A stretch of DNA of 64,000 bases from Phallusia mammillata (Eukaryota), in contig OZ281500.1 of NCBI GenBank assembly GCA_965637545.1, positions 5,022,001-5,086,000 on the forward strand. Direction: 5' to 3'. Below are positions 39,135-52,040 of this stretch, in pieces (position 1 is the first letter of the stretch; each line of letters starts with the position of its first letter). Both the position numbers and the translations under genes were made by a program. Below the pieces are notes generated by a model. The model saw only the letters and a program-made list of their open reading frames with translations, made no database searches and was not told where the DNA came from.

Positions 39135-42100
39135 ATGGAGGACAGGTTGTTTATAATTTTACTGATAGCTGTAACATTACTTCTTTATTTTAATTCACTT
39201 TTTTGTGGATTTGTGTTTGATGATGTGGCTGCAGTTGTCAACAACAAAGATGTCCAAGGTGAAACTCCAATCACGGATCTGCTTTATAATGACTTTTGGG
39301 GAACTTCTATGACAAAAGTAAGGAATTGGTGGTCATTGATCTATACATACATTTGCAGTCCAGCAAAAACCTGTTTCAGTTTGTTTTCAGATTTTGTTTT
39401 AAACTCTTATGTTTATTGCTCAGATTGTGTTTATTTGCTTACTAGTTAATTACATATTCCGTTTAAATACAAATGTACAGTAAATCCCACGTCTGACACA
39501 TAAATAAAAATCTTAGGTTGATTGTGCAGTCTTGTTAGTATTGACATGTAATTATCCAGAAACTCGACATGCAATTATCTAGATTTGTCTGTCATGTAGG
39601 AGTTGAGGTGAAAAGATTTTGACATATAGCTTTAATATAGTTTTGTTTAACCTGTAAAACCCATGCTAAAAAGTTTTATCTAAAGGAGTTTATTACCTTT
39701 TTATTTAGGGGTTATTTTTTGTGTTTCAGGAAGGAAGCCACAAGTCATATCGACCATTCACTGTGCTCACATTTCGCATCAACTATTTAATTTTTGGGAG
39801 TGCACCATGGTCTTATCATTTAGTAAACGTGCTTCTTCACGCTGTTGTGTGCTGTCTCGTTTACAAACTCAACAAGCTCCTTGTAAAAACTTGCTTTGAC
39901 TCCAAAATACCTTTGGTGACAAAACCTGCTGAAAAGCATCACAAGAAACAGAATTTAAACACCAGTGCTAATACTATTCCCAATGTTGCTGAAGTTGAGC
40001 AAAACTTTATTGCAAAAACTGCCACAGTACTGTTTTTGGTGCATCCTATCCATGTTGAAGCAGTAAGTATTGTAATTCGTACTGTTTGAATGTCGTTATA
40101 CATTTTGCTGTATTAAAGAAATTGCAATTTTCTTGGTTTATTTTGTAGGTGACTGGGGTGGTGGGAAGAGCAGAGCTGCTTTCTACAATATTTGTTGTGC
40201 TTTCCATTCTGTGTTATGCAAAATTCACTGTGAAACATGTGGTATGTATATCACAATTTAATAAATGTACCATTACTAGCTTTGTACTTTTAGTAGCCAT
40301 TGCTACAATATGCACATCCCCTAATGTTCTGTACATTTTTTATTAGGCAAAGTTCTTATTTTTCATAATGTTTTAGTGATTATCTCATATTTGTTTTTGT
40401 ATGGTAAATTTCTGGGGCCCTGTTTGTCATTATTTAGTTAAAAATATATTTACAAAATAAATTCAGTGTCAATGGCCAATTTTTCGTCATCAGCTGCACT
40501 GATAAAATATAATATATGGGTCAAAAATGTGCAGCTTGCTTGAATTCAAGGCCGCATTTTACTTTTTCAGGTTGCTTCTTTTTTGTTTTGTTCACTTGCA
40601 ATGGCCAGCAAAGAACAAGGAATCACTGTACTAGCTGTTTTTCTGGTTTTTGATATTTGTCTGTATCACAAGGTAAATAAATTTCCAACAATTTTAAGAG
40701 TGGTTGTTCTACACTTACCCATATTCTAACAAAGTTGGAAGTTTTCTTTAACGTTTCTATTTGTTTTTCTGAATTAAATTTGATTTTTTTAAGTTTGTAG
40801 ATTTGTGTTAAAAGTGTTGTTGCCAAGTTATAATGGTTTTGTTTATTTTTCAGTTGTCATTGGATGATTATTGTTTGTTACTTGTAATGTACATATCATC
40901 ATCAAAGAAGGTGCGCTACAAATCATTACTGTGGCGATCTTTTCTTGTCATTATGTTTGGTATATTTTTACTGTTTATGAGATTTTTTGCCATGGGAAAC
41001 AATCTCCCACATTTTGATAGTAAGTTTAAGTTTCATAAAAAAAATTTCAAACTTTTTTGACATTTTTTTCTGTTTTAGTTTTTGACAACCCTGCAGCTTC
41101 TGCCGAATTTCCTGCGCGCCACTTAACGTTGAACTACCTTTTACCTGTAAATACTTGGCTGTTGTTGAACCCAAGTAACCTTTTGTGTGATTGGACAATG
41201 GGCACAATACCTCTGATCACCAGTTTTACAGATGTTAGAAACATCGCCACAATCATGTTTTGGTTTATTTTTATAACTTTAGGTTTGTTACAGTTGTTTG
41301 TATCAGTCCTTGAAAGTGTTGTCATATGTTGTTGTATGTTAAACATACTGTCAACCTTCCCCAAAGAAGTCTTGCAGTTGTTGTATGGTTTGTTTCCACA
41401 AATTGGTCAAGAAATTGTGAATTAATCTTATTTGGTATTGCATACATTATACAAGCATTTGTGATAAGTTAAATGACAACAATAGTTATAAATGCCTCAT
41501 CAAAACAATAAACATCGTTATGGTCGATTATATTTAAGAGAAAATATATCTTTATAAATTAAACAAATATTTTTCTATTTATGTGTGTAGTTTTAAGTAG
41601 TAACCACCAGTAAATTACTTTTTAGGTGTGTTTTCATTTTTCGGAAATTCTCCTGTAAGCAAGCTTTCTTCTGTTGCTGTGGCGATGATAGTGTTTCCAT
41701 TTTTACCTGCTTCAAATCTCCTTTTCACTGTTGGCTTTGTTGTTGCTGAAAGGATTCTTTATATTCCAAGCATAGGCTTTACACTGCTGGTGGCAGTGGG
41801 ACTTCACAAACTTAGAAAAGCTGTGTAAGATTTTTTTTAATTGTTAGCGGGTGTCTAAAAATGTGGATAAATTTGAAACAAGTATTTATATTATTGTGTT
41901 CCCCCTCAGGGCCTATGTTAGCAATTTTTTGTCCAAATTTGTTTTTAATACTGAGTATGTGTATTATTTCGATAAAGTTTTTGTGGGTCCATCACCACCT
42001 TTTAAAACAGTTAATTCCTAATTTTTTCTATCAGACAAATTTATCAATTGTTTGTGCTGGAACAAAAGTATTACCAAAAAGGTGGTTCTTAACCTTTTTC

Positions 42101-45100
42101 TTTGTTGCACCGCTTTCAAATCACCAACTAGTACTAATTTGCTAATTTTGCACCCACTTTTGCAATTGCCCAAATTACAAGACCATTGTAATTTTATTTT
42201 TATACAAGTAATCCCCGCACATGATAGGAATAGAACCCCTGTACTAAATGTTTATCACCAGATTAAGGATTCTATATCTGCTTTTTATTGTGTAATTTAT
42301 ACCTTCAAAACATATTATTTTGAACACTTTTTTGGCAGTAAATGGGATAAACTGGTGTTCTCCTTTCTCACAATACTGATTGTTACACACGCTCTTAAAA
42401 CTGTGATTCGAAACTTTGATTGGAAAGATGAACAGACATTGTTTAAAAGTGCACTAAAGGTAAGAAAGAGAGGACTAGTCATTAAGTTCTGTTTGACAGT
42501 GTGAATTTTTAAGCATGCATAATGTGCAATGTAGCAATTTTTATGTTTTGTTAAGTCCAATGCCTATAATACATCTTTAAAGTACTTAATTTCAACATTC
42601 TAAACTTAATATTCACTTTAAATATTTAGTCCATCATTGGACATAATGACATTTTTTAACCAGAATGATAATTGGGCGCTGGCATAAATTGCAGACCAAT
42701 CTGAAAGGTTTTTTTTGCAGACTAAATCCATTGTTATATATTCAAGCAAACAAGTTTATTAAATCTGTGGACACACAATATGCACCCCTCAAAATGATTT
42801 ATTTTGTTTAGGTTACAAAAACGAATGCCAAGGTTTGGAACAACATTGGTCACACTTATGAGGACAAACGAAACTGGACAGAAGCGTTAAAATATTTTAG
42901 AAAGGTGGGTAACAATGTTGTAATGCCTTAGGTCAGTTCAAGTCATGTGTTTTGAAGACTTTGCCTAAAGATGATCAAGTTGTGTTAAAATATAGTTCAA
43001 TTATGTTTAGATGTATTGTGAGGTCATTATTTTCGATTGTTTGGTTTACTAGACTTATGACTTGCTTGGAAAGAAAAATCTCGCTTACAACATTTTCTGT
43101 GTACAGTTAATTTTGGTAACAATTTTAACTTTTGTGTTGTTCGAAATGTTTGTGCTAGAAAAACATAAATGTGTTTTACAACCCTTATGGTTTTAGGCAG
43201 CTGAAGTTCAACCTGATGATCTTGGAGCACTTATGAATGTTGGTGGTATGTTGGAAGCACTGGACAGACCCCAGGAAGCTGAGAACATTTACTGGCAAGC
43301 CAAGAAACTTTTTCCTCAGGTGACCTATGTGTTTGCTTTGTACATTTAAGTTTTTATATTCTAACTTTTGTTGTTTATACTTGGTTTTGGTGTTTAATAA
43401 ATTAACAAAGTAAAGACCTATACACCGTTCAATGTCTATAAATTATCTGTTAATACCAGAAACATTTTAGTTTGGGGTTCAGAAACTCACTTATTTTACT
43501 ATCATAGAAACAAATCCAGTTTAATCCACAAATCATTTGCCAACCTTTTCATGCAATTAACCAGATGATGTTATTTTTCTAACAAGTGATAGGCTGCAAT
43601 GCCGTGATCTCCATTTAATTATATGCACTTTATGATAAAAGAAAGTACAGACAAATCCGGTTAATCGCATGATCTGTTTAATTGCATCAGAATTAAAAAT
43701 CCCAAACTGTCGCCAAACATTTGTCAAGAAAATTGTCCGGTTATTCGCATACCGGTTTATCGCATAACTGGATAATTGCATCGATTGTGAAAAAATATGC
43801 CATGACAGTTAGGAAGCATGACATCATGTTCTGCGCTGTGTGAGCCAATCTAGTTTCACATAAGAGTACTTTTTTCATTCAACAAAATAGAAAAAATATC
43901 ACTCTGTAGTAGTAGTGAGTATCACTGCAGCTTTGTTTTAGTTGAGGAGTAATCATGAGCGCATCATACACTTGTAGTTTTGGTACAATGTTTTCATAAA
44001 CTGGATTTTTTTACACTAGAATTATCAATTACCTGCATCATCTGTTTGCAGGAATGTCACAAATTTACAACTGCTTAAATAGCACTTGATATGCATACTT
44101 GCTAATTAAAATAATAATCATGCTTGTCTTTTTTAGCCAATAGCTGGAAAGTCGTACACCGCCAGAGTGGTACCAAAAAGTTTAAAACTCTTCATGCGAC
44201 TAGGAAACATAATTAAGACAAATAAGTCAAGGTAAACTTGTAGATTAGTCAGCAACATTACTTTGATCCAATAACATTTACAGCTAATCAAAATAAAGGT
44301 GTTTGGCATACTGCATTGCAGAAGTGTGCAACCTTTAACACTGATAAGCCAAATACAGTTTACAAATTTAGACTGAGAACGACACCTTTATATTGTACAA
44401 ATTGATTTTAGTTTGTTGCTTACCAAACACACCTAAGTAAAGTGAACAACTCCCAGTGAAATTAAAGTAATTCTTGCCATTGTTGGATTATTCATATATT
44501 AAATAAGAATTAAATCCACTTGCTTGCACTGCGTTGAAGTGTTTTTGTATTTGGCATGAAAACCGCATATTGCATACGCTGTTGTAAAAGACAAAAATTT
44601 GTTTGTACGGTTTTAGCTGACATTACCAACTTATTACAAAATGTTTCATTTTAGAAACTCATTTAAAAATGCCAAAACATAGTTTTATTTGACTGACTTT
44701 TGTATGTTAATAACATCAAAAAGACTTAAAAAAGACAATCTCAATGCACTCCAATAAAAATGTGATTACCTGGAATGATATCTGAAAAAAATCAGTGAAT
44801 TTTGTGTCTTAACAGGCTCCATGAGGTTGATAAGCTGTACAAGGAAGTTATCCAAATGAAAGAAACATTTGTTGAAGCTTACATTAACAGGCAAGGAATT
44901 TGATTGTTCAATTTTTAGGCTGACCATGGGTATTGCTTAACAACGTATTTCTTTCGCTTTCAGAGGAGAGATTTTGGTGCTTTTGAAAAGGGAGAAAGAA
45001 GCGCTTGCAATGTTTGAAACTGCTCTTCAGCACACAAATAACAAATCTGATATATATTACAACATGGGTAATATTACATTCTGATTTCGTACATAACATG

Positions 45101-48100
45101 CTGCTAGCAAACTACTAGGATATCCAGTTATAACTAGGTCTAAGATGTCATCAACAAATGTATTTCCTAAAAACAGAACATTCTATTTTTAAGAATTGGT
45201 AACATCATCTTTCAGATCGGTTTAAACAGACAATTTTGGGTATATCCCACATTTAGTAAAGGAAATAATGCTTTTTGGTGTTCTGAAGAGGTTGTATGGA
45301 TGAAAAGAAAACCAAGCTTTTGTGTATAGTGCTCAACAAACCAGTACTCTATCTTTAAGTAACTTGTGAAACATACCACTACAACGTTGTTATGTATATT
45401 TGTAGGTGTGGTTCATGCAAGCTTGGGTAACAAAACAGGTGCCATCGAAGGATACACTCTTGCAATTTACCACAATCAAAATCATGTGAAAGCACTGTAT
45501 AATTCTGCAGTCATATTGCAGGTACTTTGTTACCAAATTTGAACCACAATAAATTTTAAATCAGTAAGATAATTTCTTTGATTAAAGGACTGTTTGGTCT
45601 ATTTGATGGTTTTTGTCGGCTTATTGTTTACGCCTGTACTGTTCTGCATAAAACTTGGTTTCCAAAAATGCAGGAACTCTATTAAGGTTTTATCGAAAGT
45701 TTTTCTGTTAATTAAAATTTACAGGTAGTGGTTGGATGTATTGTTACAAATACAAACCACTTTTATCCAACTACATACCATCAAATTATCAAGCATAAAA
45801 AAATCACCAAATATGTATATATGTGATTCATCTGTTCTCACAGGAAACAAGGGATAAGGATTTACTTCGCCGTGCCAAAATTCGCATTGAACATGTAATT
45901 AAATTGGAACCAGACAACCTCCTGGCCCAATCTTTGCTAGGGTCAATTCATATGGACTTACATGAATACAAGGATGCAATTAAATGTTGGGATGATGTCC
46001 TAAAGGTAAGTCTTCCTTTCTTTGCAAATAAACTTGTCTTTATTACAAACTGTTTGAACACAACTTATTATAAGTAAACTGCAGACAATACACACTGTTT
46101 CAACCTACCAATTATTATGGTAACAATATATACATATAGCTTTAACTCAGAATGTTAATTTGTTGGACAAAACATCTTCAAACTGGTTTGATACAATTTG
46201 ATGAACTGGTGTATTTAGATTTATTTCAAGCAATTCTTGATACTTCATGTTAGTTGTTTAATTATGTGTGGTTTTTAAACTCCAAACACTCTACTGTACC
46301 AGTCATATTTGTTCCAGCCCAATTCTAAATCAGTTAACTGCATAAAACGTATGGCAACTTGGTTATCAGATCGTCTGCATATTCCAAAATATTTTTTAAT
46401 TTGCAGCAAATGTTTAAGAGGTTATGGTTTATTTCCTTGTCAAAGTTACAATACAATATAGCAAAACCACTCTGTACTGTTTTGCAGGTTGAACCTAAAC
46501 AAAGAATAAGTTTATTCAACAAAGCTCTGCTGCTTTCCCGAATAGGTTTGTACATCTTTTATCGTGTTTTTACATCTTTTATCAATTTTACACATCTTTT
46601 ATCAACTTTTTTAACGAAAAGATTTAAAAGACAGACAAGAAAATACTGATAATAAATCTATATCAACACAACATGCTTTGAACAAACAACGGCTTCATGT
46701 AATTTTTAGAACAGTGGGCAACTATTGACAAATGTTTAACTTATTATTGAAAGAAACTTTTTTCTGCAAATATAAGAAAACATGTTTTCTAAAAACTTTT
46801 ATTTTTAGACAGTAAAAGTGGTACCTGTCTCCTGGCTATAAAGGAATTACTCAAATATTACCCAAACCACATAAAAGGATTGACATTGTATGGTGATGTG
46901 ATGTTAAATGTAGTAAAAGATGTCAAAGAGGCTCTCGCGTAAGTTACTATCATGCAAGCATACAATATGAATGTTAGTTTAGAACAATAAAGTATTTTGT
47001 TTAAAAACTAACAAATGACGGACTTTAACGATAAATTATTGCCTATTTACCAGTGAGGTTATGTTCAGTCTTGAACTGCTTGGCCCACATAATGTTTCAC
47101 CACCGAATAACTATTTTTGGTTTGGCGATTATTTCAGTGCAATTGTGCAGTCGTATCTTACTTAACTTGAGGTAATAATTAATTGTATTGGTGGGTGAAA
47201 TATGAACAAAACAACCTACAATAAGCGAATGTTTTTTGTTTGTTTTTTCATCAAACTTAGCTAAACTTAGCTGGTCAAAGCAGGGGTTTTAAAACACCAA
47301 ATATTATAGACGCAGTTGGTTATTTGCACAGGGATCGTGAAACCGTAGCCCACCACTAGTTGTAAGTCGTCCGCTTAACCCAGCGTTTCTCCATCTTACA
47401 CAGACCGCGGACCGCCTGACAACTTTCTCTTCGCTGCATACCACCTATCATAAACCTTGTTTGAATGGACAGACCTAAAAACATGTCCATTTTCTCGCCC
47501 TGACTAGCATGTTTAATAATTTCAGAAGACTGTACAAGACATGAGTTTCACCCAAACCAGGGCTAATCAGTTGGATCAGTTGAGTTGCAATTTTAGATCG
47601 GTATTGAATTAGGTATCACAGAAAGCTACTCGCGTACCACCTGAAAAGTTCTGGCGTACCCACTAGTGGTACGCGTACCACAGTTGGAAAACCACTGGCT
47701 TAACCGCATGAAATACTTGGCAAACTGCGTATGTGATTAACAGGATTAATGTGCACAAATTCATCACAGTTGTTTTACATCATGAAGTCCAAACATAAAG
47801 ACCAATATGTGTATTGCAATTTGAATGACATTTATGCCTTTCAGTTCTTATGTGCAAACAGAGTCTATCTATTAAACTATTTTTTTAGAATCTTTCAACG
47901 AATTATTGATCTTGAACCTGGAAACACACAAGCAAAACACAATTACTGTGTGGCGCTTGTTGAGGATGGCAGACTGAAAGAAGCCGAAAATTGTCTGGAG
48001 GAGGTTTCAATAGCTGCTCCAGACGAGCCTCACACAAAAGGTGGAGTAATTGATGCGAAAATATGTTCTTTAGTGAAAAAGTTTTCAAGGGAAGGCGACC

Positions 48101-49594
48101 TAAATGGGACGTTATAGCGTTAGTAAAAAACAATACATTTGCCGGAAGAGTTTTTTCAAATATGAAGTTAGGATTAAGTGACAAATTATTGAGGAATAAT
48201 TGTGTTGTTTTTTTAACAACAACAAAAAACCTTGACTTCAACGCAAATTGCGAGAGATTTAGTATGAAATAAGTACTAAATGAAACAAACGAATCAAGAA
48301 AAAAAATAATAGAAGTGTTGGTAAAAAATACGAATAAAGAAGTCTTAGTGATGTTTGGTCAGTTGAAAACTCCTTTAGCAACCTGCTTTCAGCGTTTTGG
48401 CTTGCAGAAAGAAAGAAATTCTTTACTTGAACATTATGTTTGTTTGTTTCATTTTTATCCTCGGTGGGCGGGCAACGCCTGAATTTGTTATGTTCAAATG
48501 AGTTCGCCGTCGAGCTGCCTTTTTTGTCCGTTGAATCATTGTTTATTTGTTTTGTTCGATTTCAAGTTAGTTTAACCCTTCGAGGAACACTGAGTAGGAG
48601 CAATGCCCCTCAAATTCTCGGCCAGTAGTTACCAACATAAAATGTGCGTGTTTTCAGAGAACTTGGCTATAGTGCGACATCGTCTTGCTTTAAAGGAAGT
48701 TCACAATCAACAAGCAAAAGAAGAAGGAGTGTTTGCCAAACAACAGTATGTCGAACATACAGTGCACAAAGACAATGCTGAAGAAACGCATAAGGTGTGG
48801 TTAATTGTGTTGTATCCCATATTCTGCTCAAGGTTGCCAGTTTAAATCCCGTTCTTGTAACAAAAGCCAAAACCCACAACGTTCCCTACAAGTTGCCGGA
48901 CAGGTTGATTTAAATTGTTTTTGTAAATCTTTTAATTAATAAATAAAAGTGGGTAAATCGTACCAAGATGTGGCTGTCCGATTAATTTCCTTGTAAAATA
49001 AAACAGATTAAAGGCAACTATAGTTGTATATATATATCTGTACATATAACTGCATTTTTTACTTTTGGATTCGATTTCTTAAGTTGGAAGTGCCTAACTA
49101 GCATAAGCAGTGACCCGGTCGTGTTTCATGCACATGGTTATCATATACCATCTTTTAAGTGTTGGGTTCTGTTTTAAATGAAAAAAAAACGAAAATATGA
49201 GCCAGATAAAGGACACAATAGCACAAGTGCCCTAATACATTCCAGCAAACTCGGAGTGCCACAACTATTTGTTAGGCGTAACGTGTTTGATATTTTTCCT
49301 AAGGTTGAAGTTGACGAGGAAATCTATATCGCAAAACCCGTTAAGCGAGCAGATGAAACATTGACGGAGCAAGCCGATAAAGTTGTGAAGAATCTTCGTC
49401 GTATGAAAACCGACCAAGTGATGGAGCAAAAACTCGCGCAAGCAAAAAGGGCAGTAGAAAAGCTCAAGCAAATCAAGTCTAAAGCTGATGAACAGACTAA
49501 AGATAAATGTAAAACTGAAGATAAAACAGTCGAAAAATTCGATTTACGAGAAAAAGCTTTAAAAGCGTTAGACGATTTGGAGGCGCAGTTATAA
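39135..49594 (+). CDS. TMTC3: Protein O-mannosyltransferase TMTC3 (TM + TPR), ~20 exons
   Basis: First exon 39135-39317 ([11 protein letters not shown]...NDFWGT), then [39 protein letters not shown]...[56 protein letters not shown] exons ([30 protein letters not shown]), last exon 49304-49594 ([16 protein letters not shown]). [11 protein letters not shown] and the C-terminus point to TMTC3 rather than its paralogs. Confidence 0.93.
42081..42241. mobile_element. Degenerate third copy of the 18755/36235 hAT MITE
   Basis: GTGGTTCTTAACCTTTTT...TTTCAAATCACCAAC...ATCCCCGCAC...GAACCCCTG. Confidence 0.7.
47550..47697 (-). mobile_element. hAT-type MITE end (family of 7491-7600)
   Basis: Reverse strand CAGTGGTTTTCCAACTGTGGTACGCGTACCACTAGTGGGTACGCC...GGTACGCGAGTAGCTTTCT. 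Confidence 0.65.
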
Positions 49595-50178
49595 ATAATT
49601 TTATTGGATGGAGGAGACGATTGGAATACAGTGGTGGCTCCGAGATGACCGTTGAGAAGATATGAATGGTAAAAGTGTTTTTTTAATATGTTGTGGCTAT
49701 GTCGCCAGTACTTGACAGTATTATCGACTTATATTTTCCAATAAAACTCCCGCGTGTTTATCGTACGTTTTTTGCCAAGTGAAGTTTACAGTCTAATGGA
49801 CAACCCACTATTTGCAATGCACAAGTAGTTCTGCTACCGAACGCACAATGCAGATAACAGTTGCTTGTTTCGAATCAGCGAAATCTGTAAGTGTGCTGTG
49901 TAAATTTACGATGTAACAGACCTTGGGTCCAGTGCTGGATTAACGTATAAGCACGTGCTTAGGGCATCAAGTAGAGGAGGGGCACCACAGAAATGGTTTC
50001 TAGGTAAATTATTAAATCTAACAAAAAACTACAACTATATTCAAAATGTAATGAAAATGAATAAGTTCTGTTTATAAAGCGAGAAAATAAAATAACTGAC
50101 AAAAGGGATTGATTGCGTGCTATATGACGTAACAACGTTGCGTTGCTCTGTTTGTTAAAACCTAAAACAGTCAAGACT

Positions 50179-50679
50179 CATGGGTGCCCAACCCGTCGAT
50201 CTCGGACTGATATCAAGTCGATCGCGAGGGAATCAGAAAACTATTTAAAATAGTTGTTTTGTAATGCGTTTTTAGGGAATGCTGCCCTACATAGATGACT
50301 TTATTGTGAAAGTTATTCATTAGGCTATGTTCACACCACAAATAGTCGACGCTTTACATCGCAAAAGTCACAAAAGTAATAGTTACATCACAAAAATAAT
50401 AGTTACAGTAGTAATGGTTACTTTGTGCTGGTACTTTTTGTATTATCAAGATTAGCTTCGGATGAATTATAAAAAAATAAGTTCAATGTAGTGCAAAAAC
50501 TCACACCCAAACCACGATAAAAAACGTAAAACAGGGCTCGGAAAATGCTAGTTTTCCTTTGGTAATACACACATAGTCTTGCATTATCTTGTTAGTTTGT
50601 ATTGGAATGGTAGGTCCCGAGAGTTAGACTACACTACCTCAAACGTCGATCTTGAGTCAAAAAAGATTGGGCACCGCTG
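50179..50679. mobile_element. Nested hAT MITE 1
   Basis: TIRs CATGGGTGCCCAACC / GATTGGGCACCGCTG; GTCAAGAC on both flanks (one extra T on the left). Confidence 0.8.
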
Positions 50680-50706
50680 GTCAAGACAGTAAGGCAATGT
50701 TTAGTT

Positions 50707-51288
50707 CAGGGGTGGGGAACCTGCGGCCTAAAGGCCGCATGCGGCCTTTTAGGGCACTAAGTGTGGCCTTCGATTTCAGAATACAATTTAGGATGTTGAT
50801 AATACACACTGCACCAGGCGCTAAAAACTAGACAGAAACGTATTTTTTTTACCTTTATTCCACATTACTATTTGATTGGTTCTAGGGCAGCGGTTTTGAT
50901 ATGTTTGCGTACTGGTACACAAAGCGATATCCGTAGAACTGCCAATAGACCAAGGTTCTACAATCTTACTTGTGTTGCAAAAGAACAATTGTTTGCGCAT
51001 AATCGAATGTCTTAAACTCGTCTGTGATGTCACAAGCTGCTCTTAGATTGATATTGATAAACAAGCGAGTTTCTATGTTAATAAAATCCTGAATGTTGTA
51101 GTGAGGGTGGAAATGTAGTGATGAATTTTATTTAGCTTGGACCGTTAGTCCAATAGCACATCAACCATTCTGTATATCAAAATGTTTGAATGCTACTGTC
51201 CTTGGCCTGAGAAATAGTCTGTGCGGCCTAAACGACTATTTATAAACCGTTTGGCGGCCTTCACAAACAAAAAGGTTCCCCACCCCTG
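50707..51288. mobile_element. Nested hAT MITE 2
   Basis: TIRs CAGGGGTGGGGAACCT / AGGTTCCCCACCCCTG; TSD GTTTAGTT / GCTTAGTT (7/8). Confidence 0.88.
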
Positions 51289-51879
51289 GCTTAGTTAATA
51301 GCATGGTGTTTGAAAACATATTCGCGCATGTGGCAAACGTAAATTAAACACGACGCTAATAGGCCTACTAGTATGTTTTACAATTGGGCAACAGTGCTGA
51401 GACTGGGGAAGGCAGCAGCAAAATTAGGCGTTTTTAATTGAGTTTTGGAATATTTCTGACATTCTGAAACAAATCTACAAGTTTAATATCAGCTAAGCTT
51501 ATAGTCTATTACCCTTGTTGTATATTATGTTAAAATCGAAATCTCGATGAAGAATTTTGTTTTTACGTTTATATTTTGAATTAAAAATGGTGCAAGGGGC
51601 ACCAAATTGTTTTAGTGCTTAGGGCCTCTAATGGTGTTAATCCGGCCCTGCTTGGGTCATTTGGTAAAAATGTCTGTAGTTTTTTTTTTACACGCTAGGG
51701 AGAATGTAAGATGTATTAGCTCAGTGCTTTTTAATCTTTTTTCGTTGTACACCTTTACAAATCCAACAAGTTTGTATACCTCAAAAATAGCAAATTTTTG
51801 TTTGACTTGTCACCACGACTCGAAAATCATCATTTGTACCAAGATATATTTTGTCAGGTCAGGTTTATACCTGCTACTG

Positions 51880-52040
51880 GTACCACGTAGCCCAGTACAA
51901 CCTGTCGCGGGTCGAGAAGCCGGCGACTAAACCGGCTCTCCCACTCGAGGCAACTCGGGTGAGGCGGGTGTGTGGACACCCCGCAGGACTAGAAACAAGA
52001 CCTTTCAAAAAGGGCGGATGAGCTGTTGAGAGCCAACGAC
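51880..52040 (+). mobile_element. GC-rich structured fragment resembling the 5' UTR of an RTE-clade non-LTR retrotransposon
   Basis: Several adjacent hairpins (see findings); family assignment rests on recalled similarity to invertebrate RTE 5' ends and is unverified. Confidence 0.45.

Larger units (their letters stand above)
49930..51650. mobile_element. hAT-like MITE expanded by nested insertions
   Basis: TIRs CAGTGCTGGATTAAC / GTTAATCCGGCCCTG; perfect TSD CTTGGGTC; same TIR family as 15629-15811. Confidence 0.9.

Noticed and set aside
49178-49303. 138-aa ORF 49178-49594 as a separate gene
   Set aside because: Its 3' part (49304-49594) is the phase-compatible last exon of TMTC3; the 5' part is intron.
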